The notes under the pieces were generated by a model that made no database searches, was not told the origin of the DNA, and worked only from the letters and a program-made list of their open reading frames with translations. The position numbers and the translations under genes are program-made. DNA of 64,000 nt from an uncultured Clostridia bacterium (GTDB lineage Bacteria; Acidobacteriota; Aminicenantia; UBA2199): positions 2,394-66,393 of the forward strand of contig CAYNUG010000001.1 of the NCBI GenBank assembly GCA_964400545.1, read 5' to 3'. Position 1 is the stretch's first letter. Every line of letters begins with the position of its first letter. Below are positions 35,062 through 45,157 of the stretch, piece after piece.

Positions 35062-35517
35062 ATGAAAAAAATAATTATACTTATTTCAATCACAATGCTG
35101 ATAGCAACAGGAATATTGCTTAGCAATGAGAATAAATCCTTCCAGCCTGTTTCATCTTCAAAGATAATGGAAATATCAGGAAAGATCCAGGCAATCATGA
35201 CAAACATCCCGGTCAGGAGATCAGCAATGGAGGGCCCTTCGGTCGCATTTATAAAGATCAAAGTTAAGAACCTGACTACCGGACAGGAGAGTTCTGTTCA
35301 GATCGCACCGGGCTATTTTCTCAAGATTAAAGGGGTAGTTCTTCAGAAAAATGACCAAATCAAGATCAAAGCATTCAGAAAGGATAATTCCGCCGAAATA
35401 CAATCCCTGGAGATCGAAACGAGAGGCAGGGTCCTTGTCATCAGAGATCGATTCGGCAATGGCTTGTGGGAAAAACCTCAACTCAGACCTAAAAGATCCG
35501 GATTTGGCAAAAAATAA
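35062..35517 (+). CDS. small periplasmic protein (possibly MamS/MamX-N-domain-like)
   Basis: 151 aa from ATG 35062 (AAGGAG RBS at 35050-35055); the track start 35005 is a TTG. Signal MKKIIILISITMLIATGILL. VQIAPGYFLKIKG...GRVLVIRDRFGNGLW resembles a recalled small periplasmic family; this is a low-confidence family call. Confidence 0.45.
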   Translation: MKKIIILISITMLIATGILLSNENKSFQPVSSSKIMEISGKIQAIMTNIPVRRSAMEGPSVAFIKIKVKNLTTGQESSVQIAPGYFLKIKGVVLQKNDQIKIKAFRKDNSAEIQSLEIETRGRVLVIRDRFGNGLWEKPQLRPKRSGFGKK

Positions 35518-36651
35518 TCAGATAAGATAAGACAATATTTCATTAAGGACAACCATTCTTGAGGGGATGACCCTGTAAGAATTTTTCATCTCCTCGAGAA
35601 ATCCTTCTTCAATAAGTTTTCGTATCCCGGGTTCATAGAAAGCGAACTTGTCCTTTTCAATACCTTTACTTAATCTCAATCCTGTCACGAGTGCTCTTTT
35701 CAATGGATCATTTTTTGTTCGTTCTTTTACCGGGATGATATTGTTCCTGACAGATCTGCCATAATCTCCCATGTTAGAATGGTTTGTATAATCAATCTCA
35801 TCCTCATATCCGGATGCAGATAATCCTGCCCCAATATAGTTCCCACTCTCCCAATAATTCATATTGTGTTTCGATATATTGCCATCCCTGGAGTAATTTG
35901 AAATTTCATACTGTTCAAATCCTTTTTCAGAAATTTTTTCTCTAAAGATATCATAAATATAACTTTGATGATCTGCATCAGGTTGCGGTCTATTGCCAAA
36001 TTCTTTTACTCCCTCAAGGAGATATGCTGACACATGATTGACATCTGATGAAGTAATAATGCTTATATTCTTTTCCAGTGTTTCTATTTCCTGACCGGGA
36101 ATTCCAATAATAAAGTCAACACTTACAGAATCAAAACCAGTCTTAAGTACAGTTTTAACAGCTTCCAATGCGATTGCGCCCGAATGATTTCTTGACAAAT
36201 ATCTCAGATCAGGATCATAAAAAGATTGGACACCAACACTAACTCTGTTAAATCCCAGGTCCTTAAAGAAATTCAGTTTTTCCTTGTTGCACTCTTCCGG
36301 ATTAATTTCTATGGTCATTTCAGTAACAATATCTGTTCTGAAATTATCATTAAGAAAAACTATTATTTTTTCGAGAGATGCTGCCGGAATTACGGCAGGC
36401 GAACCACCTCCGAAATAAACAGTATTAATCTCATGTTTGGAATTCTTCCTCATCTCCAATTCGGAACACAGAAGATCAGCATATTTTTTTGCAGAATCCT
36501 CCTCGTATTTGAACTTTGTAAAGTTGCAGTAATAGCATTCCCTTTTGCAGAAAGGGATATGGATATATATAGCCGAAGTATCTTTAGCCGGCATCTTCTT
36601 TACATCAGGATAACCCAGAGCCTCCGTTTCTTTTTTTAAGCTCAAGATCAT
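35518..36651 (-). CDS. hemW: radical SAM heme chaperone HemW (HemN-like, oxygen-independent coproporphyrinogen oxidase family)
   Basis: IYIHIPFCKRECYYCNF (CxxxCxxC), VYFGGGSP and a HemN_C-like tail. The alternative start M20 at 36594 would remove the 47-nt overlap with trmJ. Confidence 0.8.
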   Translation of the reverse strand: MILSLKKETEALGYPDVKKMPAKDTSAIYIHIPFCKRECYYCNFTKFKYEEDSAKKYADLLCSELEMRKNSKHEINTVYFGGGSPAVIPAASLEKIIVFLNDNFRTDIVTEMTIEINPEECNKEKLNFFKDLGFNRVSVGVQSFYDPDLRYLSRNHSGAIALEAVKTVLKTGFDSVSVDFIIGIPGQEIETLEKNISIITSSDVNHVSAYLLEGVKEFGNRPQPDADHQSYIYDIFREKISEKGFEQYEISNYSRDGNISKHNMNYWESGNYIGAGLSASGYEDEIDYTNHSNMGDYGRSVRNNIIPVKERTKNDPLKRALVTGLRLSKGIEKDKFAFYEPGIRKLIEEGFLEEMKNSYRVIPSRMVVLNEILSYLI

Positions 36652-37411
36652 TTTCCATGTACCATCTCATCTGCTTGCATATTCTGTCAAATACTGCAAT
36701 ATCTGCATTTGTCCATCGGGTCCTGTTCATTGCTCTTTTCAGAGACCGATGGAACAATCCTTTCTCTTCTTCAACGAAACTTGCACTCTTCATAAGATCG
36801 TTAATGTTTTGATTAAGCCGATCAAACGACTTCTTTGCAGCCATTTTCGGAAAGGGGGGAATAACATCTCCTTTTGTCATAAAAGAATAGATCGCATGAA
36901 CAGTGACCATTACAGCCTGGGACAGGTTTAGAGACGGATATCTGACGGCAGCGGGAATATTAATACAATAGTTTGCATATTGACTTTCATCGATGGTAAC
37001 ACCGGAATCTTCTCTTCCAAACACAACCCCTATCTTTTCTTTTACCGATTGCTGAGATATCAGCTCGGCAGAACTCTCAAGTGAAAGAAAATCTTTTTTC
37101 CACTTCCCCTTTCTTGTTGTGGTCAGGAAAACAACAGAAAGATCGGCAACAGCTTCTTTTAATGAACTGAATTCTCTGCTGCTTTCTATTATCTCCTGAG
37201 AGCGGTATCCGAGTTTCCTCTGTTCAACAACATTTCTATATTCTACCGGATTAACAAGTCTCAGGTCACTGAATCCCATATTCTTCATCGCTCTTACTGA
37301 CGACCCTATATTACCGGGATTTTTGGGTTCAACAAGTATTATACTAACATTCTTTAAAGCATCCGTTTTTCTCATTCCCGGCATTATAGTACAAACAGAA
37401 GTTGCGGGCAA
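36605..37411 (-). CDS. trmJ: SpoU/TrmH-family tRNA 2'-O-methyltransferase (TrmJ-like)
   Basis: 268 aa with IILVEPKNPGNIGSSVRAMKNMGFSDLRLVNP and VFGREDSGV...IPAAVRYPSLNLSQAV. Confidence 0.7.
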   Translation of the reverse strand: MPATSVCTIMPGMRKTDALKNVSIILVEPKNPGNIGSSVRAMKNMGFSDLRLVNPVEYRNVVEQRKLGYRSQEIIESSREFSSLKEAVADLSVVFLTTTRKGKWKKDFLSLESSAELISQQSVKEKIGVVFGREDSGVTIDESQYANYCINIPAAVRYPSLNLSQAVMVTVHAIYSFMTKGDVIPPFPKMAAKKSFDRLNQNINDLMKSASFVEEEKGLFHRSLKRAMNRTRWTNADIAVFDRICKQMRWYMENDLELKKRNGGSGLS

Positions 37412-37417
37412 ACTACC

Positions 37418-39583
37418 TTAAACCTTATCGAATTGTTCATCGAGCCTTTTCCGCAGGAGCGTTCTCCTTTCTCCGGGAGTAGACTTTACGACAGCTGCCC
37501 TGATTGTTTTTTTATCCGATACAATAAAGATCTTTTTTTTCGCTCTCGTGACCGCAGTATACAGCAACTCCCGATTAAGCATCATGGAATGAGAAGGAGA
37601 CAAAATAAGGATGAGAAAATCATACTCGGACCCTTGCGATTTGTGTATTGATATTACGTAAGAAAGGGTTATCTCATCTAATTCATCTTTTGAATATTCA
37701 ATCAGATTATTATCATAATTGATTGTTAAATGTTCTGTTTTTTTATCGAATTTTTCGACTACTCCGTGTTCACCGTTAAAGATCTCTTTCTCATAATTGT
37801 TCTTAAGTTGCATCACCTTATCACCCTCTTTCAATTTAAGCTTCTCACTCTCATATATGAAATCAGATTTGTTGAATTTATCCTGAATCAGCCGATTCAG
37901 ATTGTCGATCCCCGACTCACCCCGGTAAACAGGCGACAATATTTGATATGTCATTGAATTGAAATCAAAATCTAAATTGTGATATTCAATTATTTTTAAT
38001 ACTTTCCCCGGAATAACAACAGGATCCTGATAATTGATGAACACAAAATCAAGATCATCACTATATGGTCTGAATTCCGGTTCTTCTCCGTTATTGATTC
38101 TGTATGCATTGTCTATAATAAGACTATTCTCACTCTGTCTGAAATTTCTATTGAGATAGACGGTCATAAAATATCCCGATGTTATCAGATCCCTGAGCAC
38201 ATTTCCCGGGCCCACAGACGGCAACTGATCCTTATCTCCTATAATTATCAGTTTTGCGGATACCGGCACAGCTTTAAGCAGAGAGAAAAAAATATTTGTA
38301 TCTACCATTGAAAACTCATCAATAATGATCACATCCGCCTTAAGCGGATTAGATTCATCATGAATGAAGTGTCTCGTTTCCGGACTTATCTTCAGCATCC
38401 TGTGTATGGTTGATGTCTGACAAAATGTAGCTTCTTCGATCCTTTTTGCCGCTCTGCCTGTCGGTGCTGCAATCTGCACAAGTTTCCCATCATCTTCAAA
38501 TGCTTCGATTATTGCTCTTATTATAGTTGTTTTTCCTGTCCCCGGTCCCCCGGTGATTATGGTTATTTTATTATTTACCGCACTATCAACTGCCTCTTTC
38601 TGCTCTTCAGTAAGTTCAAACTCGATCCGTTCAATAACAGAAGCGGTATCGATCTTATCTTTATCAGGAGTATCCCCTTCCTTGCTCAGTTTCAATAGAT
38701 ACCTTGAGATTGCTTTCTCAATCAAAAAATTATTGTAAAGGATAATTATATTTTCAGGAATATTCTCAGATACAATCTCATTTCTGTCAATAAGATCAGA
38801 TATTCCACTTTCGACCTGATCTCCCGATACTCCCAGCAGTCTTTCACCTGCAACATATAATTCCTCTCTTGTCATGTAGAGATCGCCCTTTCGCTCTTCA
38901 TTTCCGGAAAGAACAAACTTCAGCCCCGACATGATCCGGAAAGGATCATCGGGTGATATCCCGAATCCCCGGGCTACCATATCCGCACGTTTGAAACCAA
39001 CCCCCCTGATCCTGTCGATCATGCTGTATGGATTCACACCCAATATCTCGAAAGTATTATCCCCGAACTCTTTATATATCTTAAAGACCGTATCATCACC
39101 TATCCCGTATGGGGAAAGTTTTACGAGTAATTCCCTTAAAACCTTGTTTTCCTTCAAAGAATCTGTCAGGCCCTTTATGATACTCATTCGAAGACCCCTG
39201 ATCTCTTTTAATCTTTCAGGAAATTTTTCAATTATCTCAAATGTATCCATTCCAAACTTATCAACGATCTTTTCAGCACTTTTCTTTCCTACTCCCTTTA
39301 CTCTTCCTGAGGATAGGAATTTCTTTATCCCGTCCAAATCCTGCGGCAGGACAGTTTTAAAACTTTCCACTTTGATCTGATTTCCGAATCTGGGATGATA
39401 AATATACTCGCCCTCTATCTCGAGAGTATCTCCCTCCCTCACATCAAAGAGATTCCCTACAATTATCTCACTGTCTCTTTCTGGAATGGAAATAACCCTG
39501 AACACACCAAATCCATTCTCCTGGGACACGAATATTTTTCTGTTTACTTTAACTTTAAGTCCGGAAATATGTAAAGATTCCAT
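37418..39583 (-). CDS. recD2: RecD2-type SF1B ATP-dependent DNA helicase
   Basis: 721 aa with Walker A ITGGPGTGKTT, Walker B IIIDEFSMVD, IIIGDKDQLPSVGPG, YVISIHKSQGSEY and an N-terminal HhH-like region. Confidence 0.85.
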   Translation of the reverse strand: MESLHISGLKVKVNRKIFVSQENGFGVFRVISIPERDSEIIVGNLFDVREGDTLEIEGEYIYHPRFGNQIKVESFKTVLPQDLDGIKKFLSSGRVKGVGKKSAEKIVDKFGMDTFEIIEKFPERLKEIRGLRMSIIKGLTDSLKENKVLRELLVKLSPYGIGDDTVFKIYKEFGDNTFEILGVNPYSMIDRIRGVGFKRADMVARGFGISPDDPFRIMSGLKFVLSGNEERKGDLYMTREELYVAGERLLGVSGDQVESGISDLIDRNEIVSENIPENIIILYNNFLIEKAISRYLLKLSKEGDTPDKDKIDTASVIERIEFELTEEQKEAVDSAVNNKITIITGGPGTGKTTIIRAIIEAFEDDGKLVQIAAPTGRAAKRIEEATFCQTSTIHRMLKISPETRHFIHDESNPLKADVIIIDEFSMVDTNIFFSLLKAVPVSAKLIIIGDKDQLPSVGPGNVLRDLITSGYFMTVYLNRNFRQSENSLIIDNAYRINNGEEPEFRPYSDDLDFVFINYQDPVVIPGKVLKIIEYHNLDFDFNSMTYQILSPVYRGESGIDNLNRLIQDKFNKSDFIYESEKLKLKEGDKVMQLKNNYEKEIFNGEHGVVEKFDKKTEHLTINYDNNLIEYSKDELDEITLSYVISIHKSQGSEYDFLILILSPSHSMMLNRELLYTAVTRAKKKIFIVSDKKTIRAAVVKSTPGERRTLLRKRLDEQFDKV

Positions 39584-39778
39584 TTGATAAAAAATTATAC
39601 CTTAACCTGTTCTAAAATCAACTTAATAAAAATCACAAACTGTAAATTTCATAAAAATGCCTGCCCCCTTTCCGCTGCATTAATTCTAAAATTATAATCA
39701 TTACGGGGTTTACTTTTTAGTATCGAAATGTTACTATTCCTCCAATTATACAATAAAAAAGGTGTCATCCCGTTCTCA

Positions 39779-41530
39779 ATGGAAATAAAAGATCAAATTA
39801 AAAGAAGTGTTTCAATTACGGACGTAGTTCAGAGTTATGGACTCGATCTGAAACCTGCCGGAAAAAATTACAAGGCACTTTGTCCTTTTCACACGGAAAA
39901 GACCCCTTCCTTTTTTGTAAAACCTGAATCAGATTCCTTTACTTGCTATGGATGCAACAGGTTTGGGGATATATTCACTTTCGTACAAAACATTGAAAAT
40001 GTGGGTTTTGTAGAAGCAATGAACATTCTAATAGAAAAATTCAATATTCAGGTGGAACAAAAAAAAGGATTCAATTATTCAAAAGAAAAAAAGTACTCGG
40101 TAATAAATGATATCGCCATGAAATATTTTACAGGGAACCTTTCCGGTTCCGGTGAAGGCAACAAGGCCATCAAGTATTTGAATGATCGCAATATATCCGA
40201 AAAAACAATAAAAGATTTCTCTCTTGGATATGCTCTCGACAAGTGGGACGGATTTCTTAGCTTTACAAAAAGCAGATCTCTTGATCTCGAGATGTGCATT
40301 GAATTGGGACTTCTTATCAGAAATAGTAAAGGCGAAATTTATGACCGTTTCAGGGGAAGAATAATATTCCCGATCTTCTCGGAATCAGGGACAGTTATCG
40401 GATTCGGCGGGAGAACAATATCGGATGACAAAGTAAAATACTTAAACTCTCCGGAAACTCCGCTCTTCAAAAAGGGAAAGAACCTTTACGGTTTCAACCT
40501 AACGAAACGTTTCATGAGGGAACAAAGATCTTCAATACTTGTTGAAGGATATTTCGATGTAATATCACTCTATCAATATGGAATAAAAAATGTGGCAGCA
40601 TCTCTCGGAACAGCATTGACACCGGGGCAGATTCACTTGTTAAGGAGAGTTTCCGAGGATATATTTATCGGATATGACTCAGATGAAGCAGGGATAGATG
40701 CAACGATAAGGGGAATTGAGAGAATGTTCGAACAGAATCTTAATCCCCGTATTTTGAAGTTCAGGGGGGAAAAAGATCCTGATGATTTTATCAGAAAATT
40801 CGGCACTGAAGAATTCGAAAAAGAACTCGGATCTTCAGTAGATGGTTTGAAATTCCTCATTTCCATGATCACGAAAAAGTATAATACGGATATTCCCGAA
40901 AAGAAAAGAGACGCAGTAAAAGAAATCGGCAGATTCATCAGTAAATTCGATGACCCGATAGTGAGGGACGGATATATTACAATAGCTTCAGATTTTTTCA
41001 ATGTAAATGAAAAAGAATTCGAACCTTTAAAAACTGTCTCTCCCAAATCAACAGGATCACCTGCGCCGGTGGAATTGCTCACATCCGAAAACATCCTTCT
41101 TCAATCTATATTGAAAGAGCCTTCGTTCATAGGAATGATAGAGCCATTGTTCAATTCCCGATTATACTCTGTCATAAATATCGGAAATCTGCTGAAAAAA
41201 ATATTTGAGAACTATGCTTCACAGGGGGTTCTTAATTTTGATCTGCTTCAGGAAGAACTCACTCCCATAGAAAAAATAACATTGAGAACCGTCTTCGATA
41301 GTATAGAAGATATTTCCGGAGATAACAGAGTCCTGGAACAGAATATTGAATCTTCCATGGTAAATTTCTTTAGTATTTTAAATGAAGTCGAAATCTCAGA
41401 AATAGGAAAAAAAATCAAGAGAGCTGAAAGAGAAGGAAATATCGAAGAGATCAAGAAGCTTATCAACATAAAAAACAAGTTCAATCAGCAAAAATATAAA
41501 GTCTCATTAGGAGGAAATATTGCCAAATAG
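39779..41530 (+). CDS. dnaG: DNA primase
   Basis: Zinc finger [13 protein letters not shown]...CYGC and [15 protein letters not shown]...GYDSDEAG. I prefer ATG 39779 ([11 protein letters not shown]). Confidence 0.9.
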   Translation: MEIKDQIKRSVSITDVVQSYGLDLKPAGKNYKALCPFHTEKTPSFFVKPESDSFTCYGCNRFGDIFTFVQNIENVGFVEAMNILIEKFNIQVEQKKGFNYSKEKKYSVINDIAMKYFTGNLSGSGEGNKAIKYLNDRNISEKTIKDFSLGYALDKWDGFLSFTKSRSLDLEMCIELGLLIRNSKGEIYDRFRGRIIFPIFSESGTVIGFGGRTISDDKVKYLNSPETPLFKKGKNLYGFNLTKRFMREQRSSILVEGYFDVISLYQYGIKNVAASLGTALTPGQIHLLRRVSEDIFIGYDSDEAGIDATIRGIERMFEQNLNPRILKFRGEKDPDDFIRKFGTEEFEKELGSSVDGLKFLISMITKKYNTDIPEKKRDAVKEIGRFISKFDDPIVRDGYITIASDFFNVNEKEFEPLKTVSPKSTGSPAPVELLTSENILLQSILKEPSFIGMIEPLFNSRLYSVINIGNLLKKIFENYASQGVLNFDLLQEELTPIEKITLRTVFDSIEDISGDNRVLEQNIESSMVNFFSILNEVEISEIGKKIKRAEREGNIEEIKKLINIKNKFNQQKYKVSLGGNIAK

Positions 41531-43397
41531 TAAGACAGAAAAGATGAGCAAATCAGGAAAGAATAAAGGGAAGACCGTAATAGCTGATATTCAGATTTCT
41601 TCAAAAATGTACGATGAATTGATAGAAATAAGCAAAAAAAATGAAAACAAAATAGAACGCGAAGATTTCACAAGATTTCTTGAAGAGAACAATCTGAAGA
41701 AACAGAAAAAAGAGATCACTCACAGATTGAACACATTAAATATAAAAATAGCGCGGAAAAAATCTGTTATGAACTCTGAAAAACTTAAGCAATACAACAG
41801 TTTCCTGACAGATTATAAAAAAGAGCTTAAATCTATTGTGAGACGATCAAAGAAACACTTCGGAATTGTAGAAAATACTTATATATCAAGTTTATTCGAC
41901 CGTGAAGAGATAATTAAGATCAATCTGAAATTCCTGAAGCTTTTTCTAAAAGAGAATGAGATAAAACTTGTAAACCTTCCAAAACCGAAACCGACCTCTC
42001 CGGGTCAGGAAAAAAGTGATATCGTCGGTGACCCGGTAAGACAATATCTCCGGGAAATGGGGGGAGTCAATCTTCTTTCCAGAAGTGAAGAAGTGGTGAT
42101 CGCAAAGAAGATAGAGAGAGGCGAAAAGAAAGTTGTTAAAGCTCTGTCAAAAACGAATATAGTTCTGAATTCCGTAATTGAACTTGGAGTTGATATTCTG
42201 GAGGGAGTAAAAGATATCGATGATGTAATAGATGTGAATGAAGACATCCTTGATGAATCGAAAAAACAGAATGTCAGAAATCATTTTCTGAAACAATTTG
42301 AAATTCTCAATCAACTAAAAAGAGATCTTAAAACAGATAAAGGCAGTAAATCATCAAATTTTTCTATTGCAAAAAAGATGGTTGAGATCACCCAGTTGAT
42401 ACAGAGTATGTCACTCAGGCAGGAACACAAGAAATCTTTCATGTACAGGATAAAGCAGTTAAAAGAGAATTACACTCATATTCAGGGGCGGGTGGAAAAG
42501 CTGAAGGTTGAAACTTCCGGAAAGAAAGGAAAAGTATTAAAGAGCATCAAAGAAGAGATTTCAAATTATCAGAACAGACTCGAAGGCCTTAATAAAAAAT
42601 ATGATATCACTCCGGAAGATTTATTCAAAACCTGCAAAGATATCGAGAACGGGCAGAGACTTATAGAATTCTCGAAAAATGACCTCGTCGAATCAAATCT
42701 AAGACTTGTTGTATCAATTGCCAAAAAATATATAAATCGGGGACTTCAATTCTCAGATCTTATTCAGGAAGGTAATATCGGACTTATGAAAGCTGTTGAA
42801 AAATTTGAATACCAACGGGGATATAAATTCTCCACTTATGCCACCTGGTGGATAAGGCAAGCTATTACAAGAGCGATAGCCGATCAGGCGAGAACAATAA
42901 GAATTCCGGTACATATGATCGAAACGATCTATAAGATAAACAGGACACAGAGACGACTTGTTCAGGAACTGGGAAGAGAACCGACCGAAGAAGAGATCGG
43001 AGCAGAAACAGGATTCACTTCTGATAAGATCCGCAAGATCATGAAGATCGCTCAAGAACCGATATCACTTGAGACTCCCGTCGGAGATGACGAATCCCAT
43101 TTAAGAGATTTCCTTGAGGATGATCAAACCGCCTCACCTCCTGAGATGATAAATCAGATGAACCTCAGAGAACAACTCAACTTTGTCCTGTCAACTCTGA
43201 CCGAAAGAGAAGCGAGAGTTATCGAAATGAGATTCGGATTGATCGATGGAAACGAACATACTCTGGAAGAAGTTGGACAAGAATTCCAGGTAACAAGGGA
43301 AAGAATAAGGCAGATCGAGGCAAAAGCTTTAAGAAAACTCAAGAAAAAATCAAAGAAACTTGTCAGTTTTCTTGATAAACCCGAGAATATAAAATAA
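41520..43397 (+). CDS. rpoD: primary RNA polymerase sigma factor (sigma-70)
   Basis: 625 aa from a TTG start 4 nt after AGGAGGA (41509-41515). Region 2 is [27 protein letters not shown] and region 4 is [27 protein letters not shown]. Classic dnaG-rpoD order. Confidence 0.9.
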   Translation: MPNSKTEKMSKSGKNKGKTVIADIQISSKMYDELIEISKKNENKIEREDFTRFLEENNLKKQKKEITHRLNTLNIKIARKKSVMNSEKLKQYNSFLTDYKKELKSIVRRSKKHFGIVENTYISSLFDREEIIKINLKFLKLFLKENEIKLVNLPKPKPTSPGQEKSDIVGDPVRQYLREMGGVNLLSRSEEVVIAKKIERGEKKVVKALSKTNIVLNSVIELGVDILEGVKDIDDVIDVNEDILDESKKQNVRNHFLKQFEILNQLKRDLKTDKGSKSSNFSIAKKMVEITQLIQSMSLRQEHKKSFMYRIKQLKENYTHIQGRVEKLKVETSGKKGKVLKSIKEEISNYQNRLEGLNKKYDITPEDLFKTCKDIENGQRLIEFSKNDLVESNLRLVVSIAKKYINRGLQFSDLIQEGNIGLMKAVEKFEYQRGYKFSTYATWWIRQAITRAIADQARTIRIPVHMIETIYKINRTQRRLVQELGREPTEEEIGAETGFTSDKIRKIMKIAQEPISLETPVGDDESHLRDFLEDDQTASPPEMINQMNLREQLNFVLSTLTEREARVIEMRFGLIDGNEHTLEEVGQEFQVTRERIRQIEAKALRKLKKKSKKLVSFLDKPENIK

Positions 43398-43398
43398 G

Positions 43399-44328
43399 TT
43401 ATTCTTCTGCATCACTTCTGGGGTGTAGTTTATCGTAAATCTTTTTAACCCTGTCTTTTGCTACAAATGTATATATCTCTGTTGTAGAAATATTGGAATG
43501 ACCCAACATCATCTGTATAGACCTGAGGTCTGCGCCCTGTTCCAGCAAATGTGTGGCAAACGAGTGTCGGAGCATATGTGGCGTCAGTATTTTTGATATT
43601 CCCGTTTTAACTCCATATCCTTTAATGATCTTCCATAGACCCTGACGACTTAATGGTCCTCCATTTTTGTTCAGAAAAATAAAATCAGTGCTATTTTTTT
43701 TTAATAATCTCGGGCGTGCCAGCTCATAATATCTTAATAGTTCTTTTTTAGCTTTTTCATTGAAGGGAACTATCCGCTCCCGGCTTCCCTTTCCCATTAC
43801 CCGGAGAAAATTATCATCAAGAAAAATGTTTTCAAATTTAAGTCCGATGGTCTCTGATATTCTTAGCCCTGTTGCATACATAAGTTCGAGAATGGCCCTG
43901 TCCCTTACTCCCGTATTCTTTGTTATATCCGGAGAATTTATCAGGTCTACCACATCTTTTTTTGAAAGATATTTCGGAATACTTTTCCATTTTTTTGGAA
44001 ATGAAATATTTGAGACGGGATTTACATCAATCTTTTCATCAATTATCAAATATTTGTAAAAACTCCTCAGAACGGATATCAAATGTGATTGAGTTGAGGG
44101 CATTTGACCTTTCCTGGATTCTACTCTGATAAAATCGAGGATATCTCCTTCTGAAACTTTTAGATATTCCAGATCTTTTTCTTTCAGAAAGTTTCCAAAT
44201 TTATCCATCTCTCCTACATATGAAGACAGTGTGTTCCCTGACAATCCTTTCTCGATATCAAGAAATACCCTGTATCTGTCTAATTCATAAAAGTATTTAT
44301 CTTTGTCCCACATTTTATCTTCCGGCAT
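43399..44328 (-). CDS. XerC/XerD-family tyrosine recombinase
   Basis: 309 aa with ATGLRISE and HMLRHSFATHLLEQGADLRSIQMMLGHSNISTTEIYTFV (R, H-x-x-R, H, Y set). Confidence 0.8.
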   Translation of the reverse strand: MPEDKMWDKDKYFYELDRYRVFLDIEKGLSGNTLSSYVGEMDKFGNFLKEKDLEYLKVSEGDILDFIRVESRKGQMPSTQSHLISVLRSFYKYLIIDEKIDVNPVSNISFPKKWKSIPKYLSKKDVVDLINSPDITKNTGVRDRAILELMYATGLRISETIGLKFENIFLDDNFLRVMGKGSRERIVPFNEKAKKELLRYYELARPRLLKKNSTDFIFLNKNGGPLSRQGLWKIIKGYGVKTGISKILTPHMLRHSFATHLLEQGADLRSIQMMLGHSNISTTEIYTFVAKDRVKKIYDKLHPRSDAEE

Positions 44329-44945
44329 TACATAAATGGATTAAATGCCAACTCCTTTTTTAGTGTTGTCTCCTCTCCATGCCCCGGAAGCAAAATAGTT
44401 TCCGGAGGGAAAAGCCTTAAAATATCGAGAGAATTCTGCAGAACACCAAAATCACCTCCCGGAAGATCTGTCCTCCCGACCGATCCGGCAAAGAGGGTGT
44501 CCCCGGTAAAAATGATATTCTCAGCCTTAAAACAAACGGACCCGGGAGTATGACCCGGTGTATGTATAACGGTCAGTTCAACATCTCCGACACCAATCTT
44601 ATCTCCGTTTTCAAAAAAGTTATCAGGGGGAGGAGGAATTGACAACCCTAAAGATTCTGCCAGACTCAAATTCACTCCTGAATTAAGGACAGGCAGATCT
44701 TCTTCGTGCATCATAAGTGGGATGTTAAATTCGTTAAGGATCCCGGAAACACCGCCGCAATGGTCCATATGTGCATGGGTGAGAATCACACCTTTGGGAA
44801 TCAGTTTCATCTTCCGGATTGTTTTTATTATCCGTTTGCCCTCATCTCCGGGATCAATTATAAAACAATTCTCCCCTGTTTCCCGATAGACTATATAACA
44901 ATTTACACCGAGTTCTCCAACAGTTATTTTATTATATCGCATCAC
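44328..44945 (-). CDS. MBL-fold metallo-hydrolase (glyoxalase II-like)
   Basis: 205 aa with THAHMDHCGG, HTPGHTPGS and LPGHG. Confidence 0.75.
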   Translation of the reverse strand: MMRYNKITVGELGVNCYIVYRETGENCFIIDPGDEGKRIIKTIRKMKLIPKGVILTHAHMDHCGGVSGILNEFNIPLMMHEEDLPVLNSGVNLSLAESLGLSIPPPPDNFFENGDKIGVGDVELTVIHTPGHTPGSVCFKAENIIFTGDTLFAGSVGRTDLPGGDFGVLQNSLDILRLFPPETILLPGHGEETTLKKELAFNPFM

Positions 44946-45157
44946 AAATACTAATCCTTCTGGAAAATATACCAGAATCCCATAATATTAGAAAGGGGAC
45001 AGGCACTTTTCAAAATAAAGATCAGATCCTAGATCCGAAACGACCCCGAATTAACCAAATCCAAATATTTAGAACGAGAATATAACTGCGTCTGAAATTT
45101 TTAATTTGAAAAAATGATGTTATAATTTAAAGTTATATAATTAAAGGAAGTGATAAA

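Noticed and set aside
37418-39583. The RecD-like helicase as part of a defence system
   Set aside because: It has the standard RecD2 architecture and sits beside trmJ and dnaG-rpoD. No nuclease, methylase or other defence partner is adjacent.
43399-44328. The tyrosine recombinase as a marker of an integrated mobile element or prophage
   Set aside because: It has XerC/XerD-like length and motifs. It is flanked by housekeeping genes (rpoD and an MBL hydrolase), with no phage or transposon genes, tRNA target or flanking repeats.
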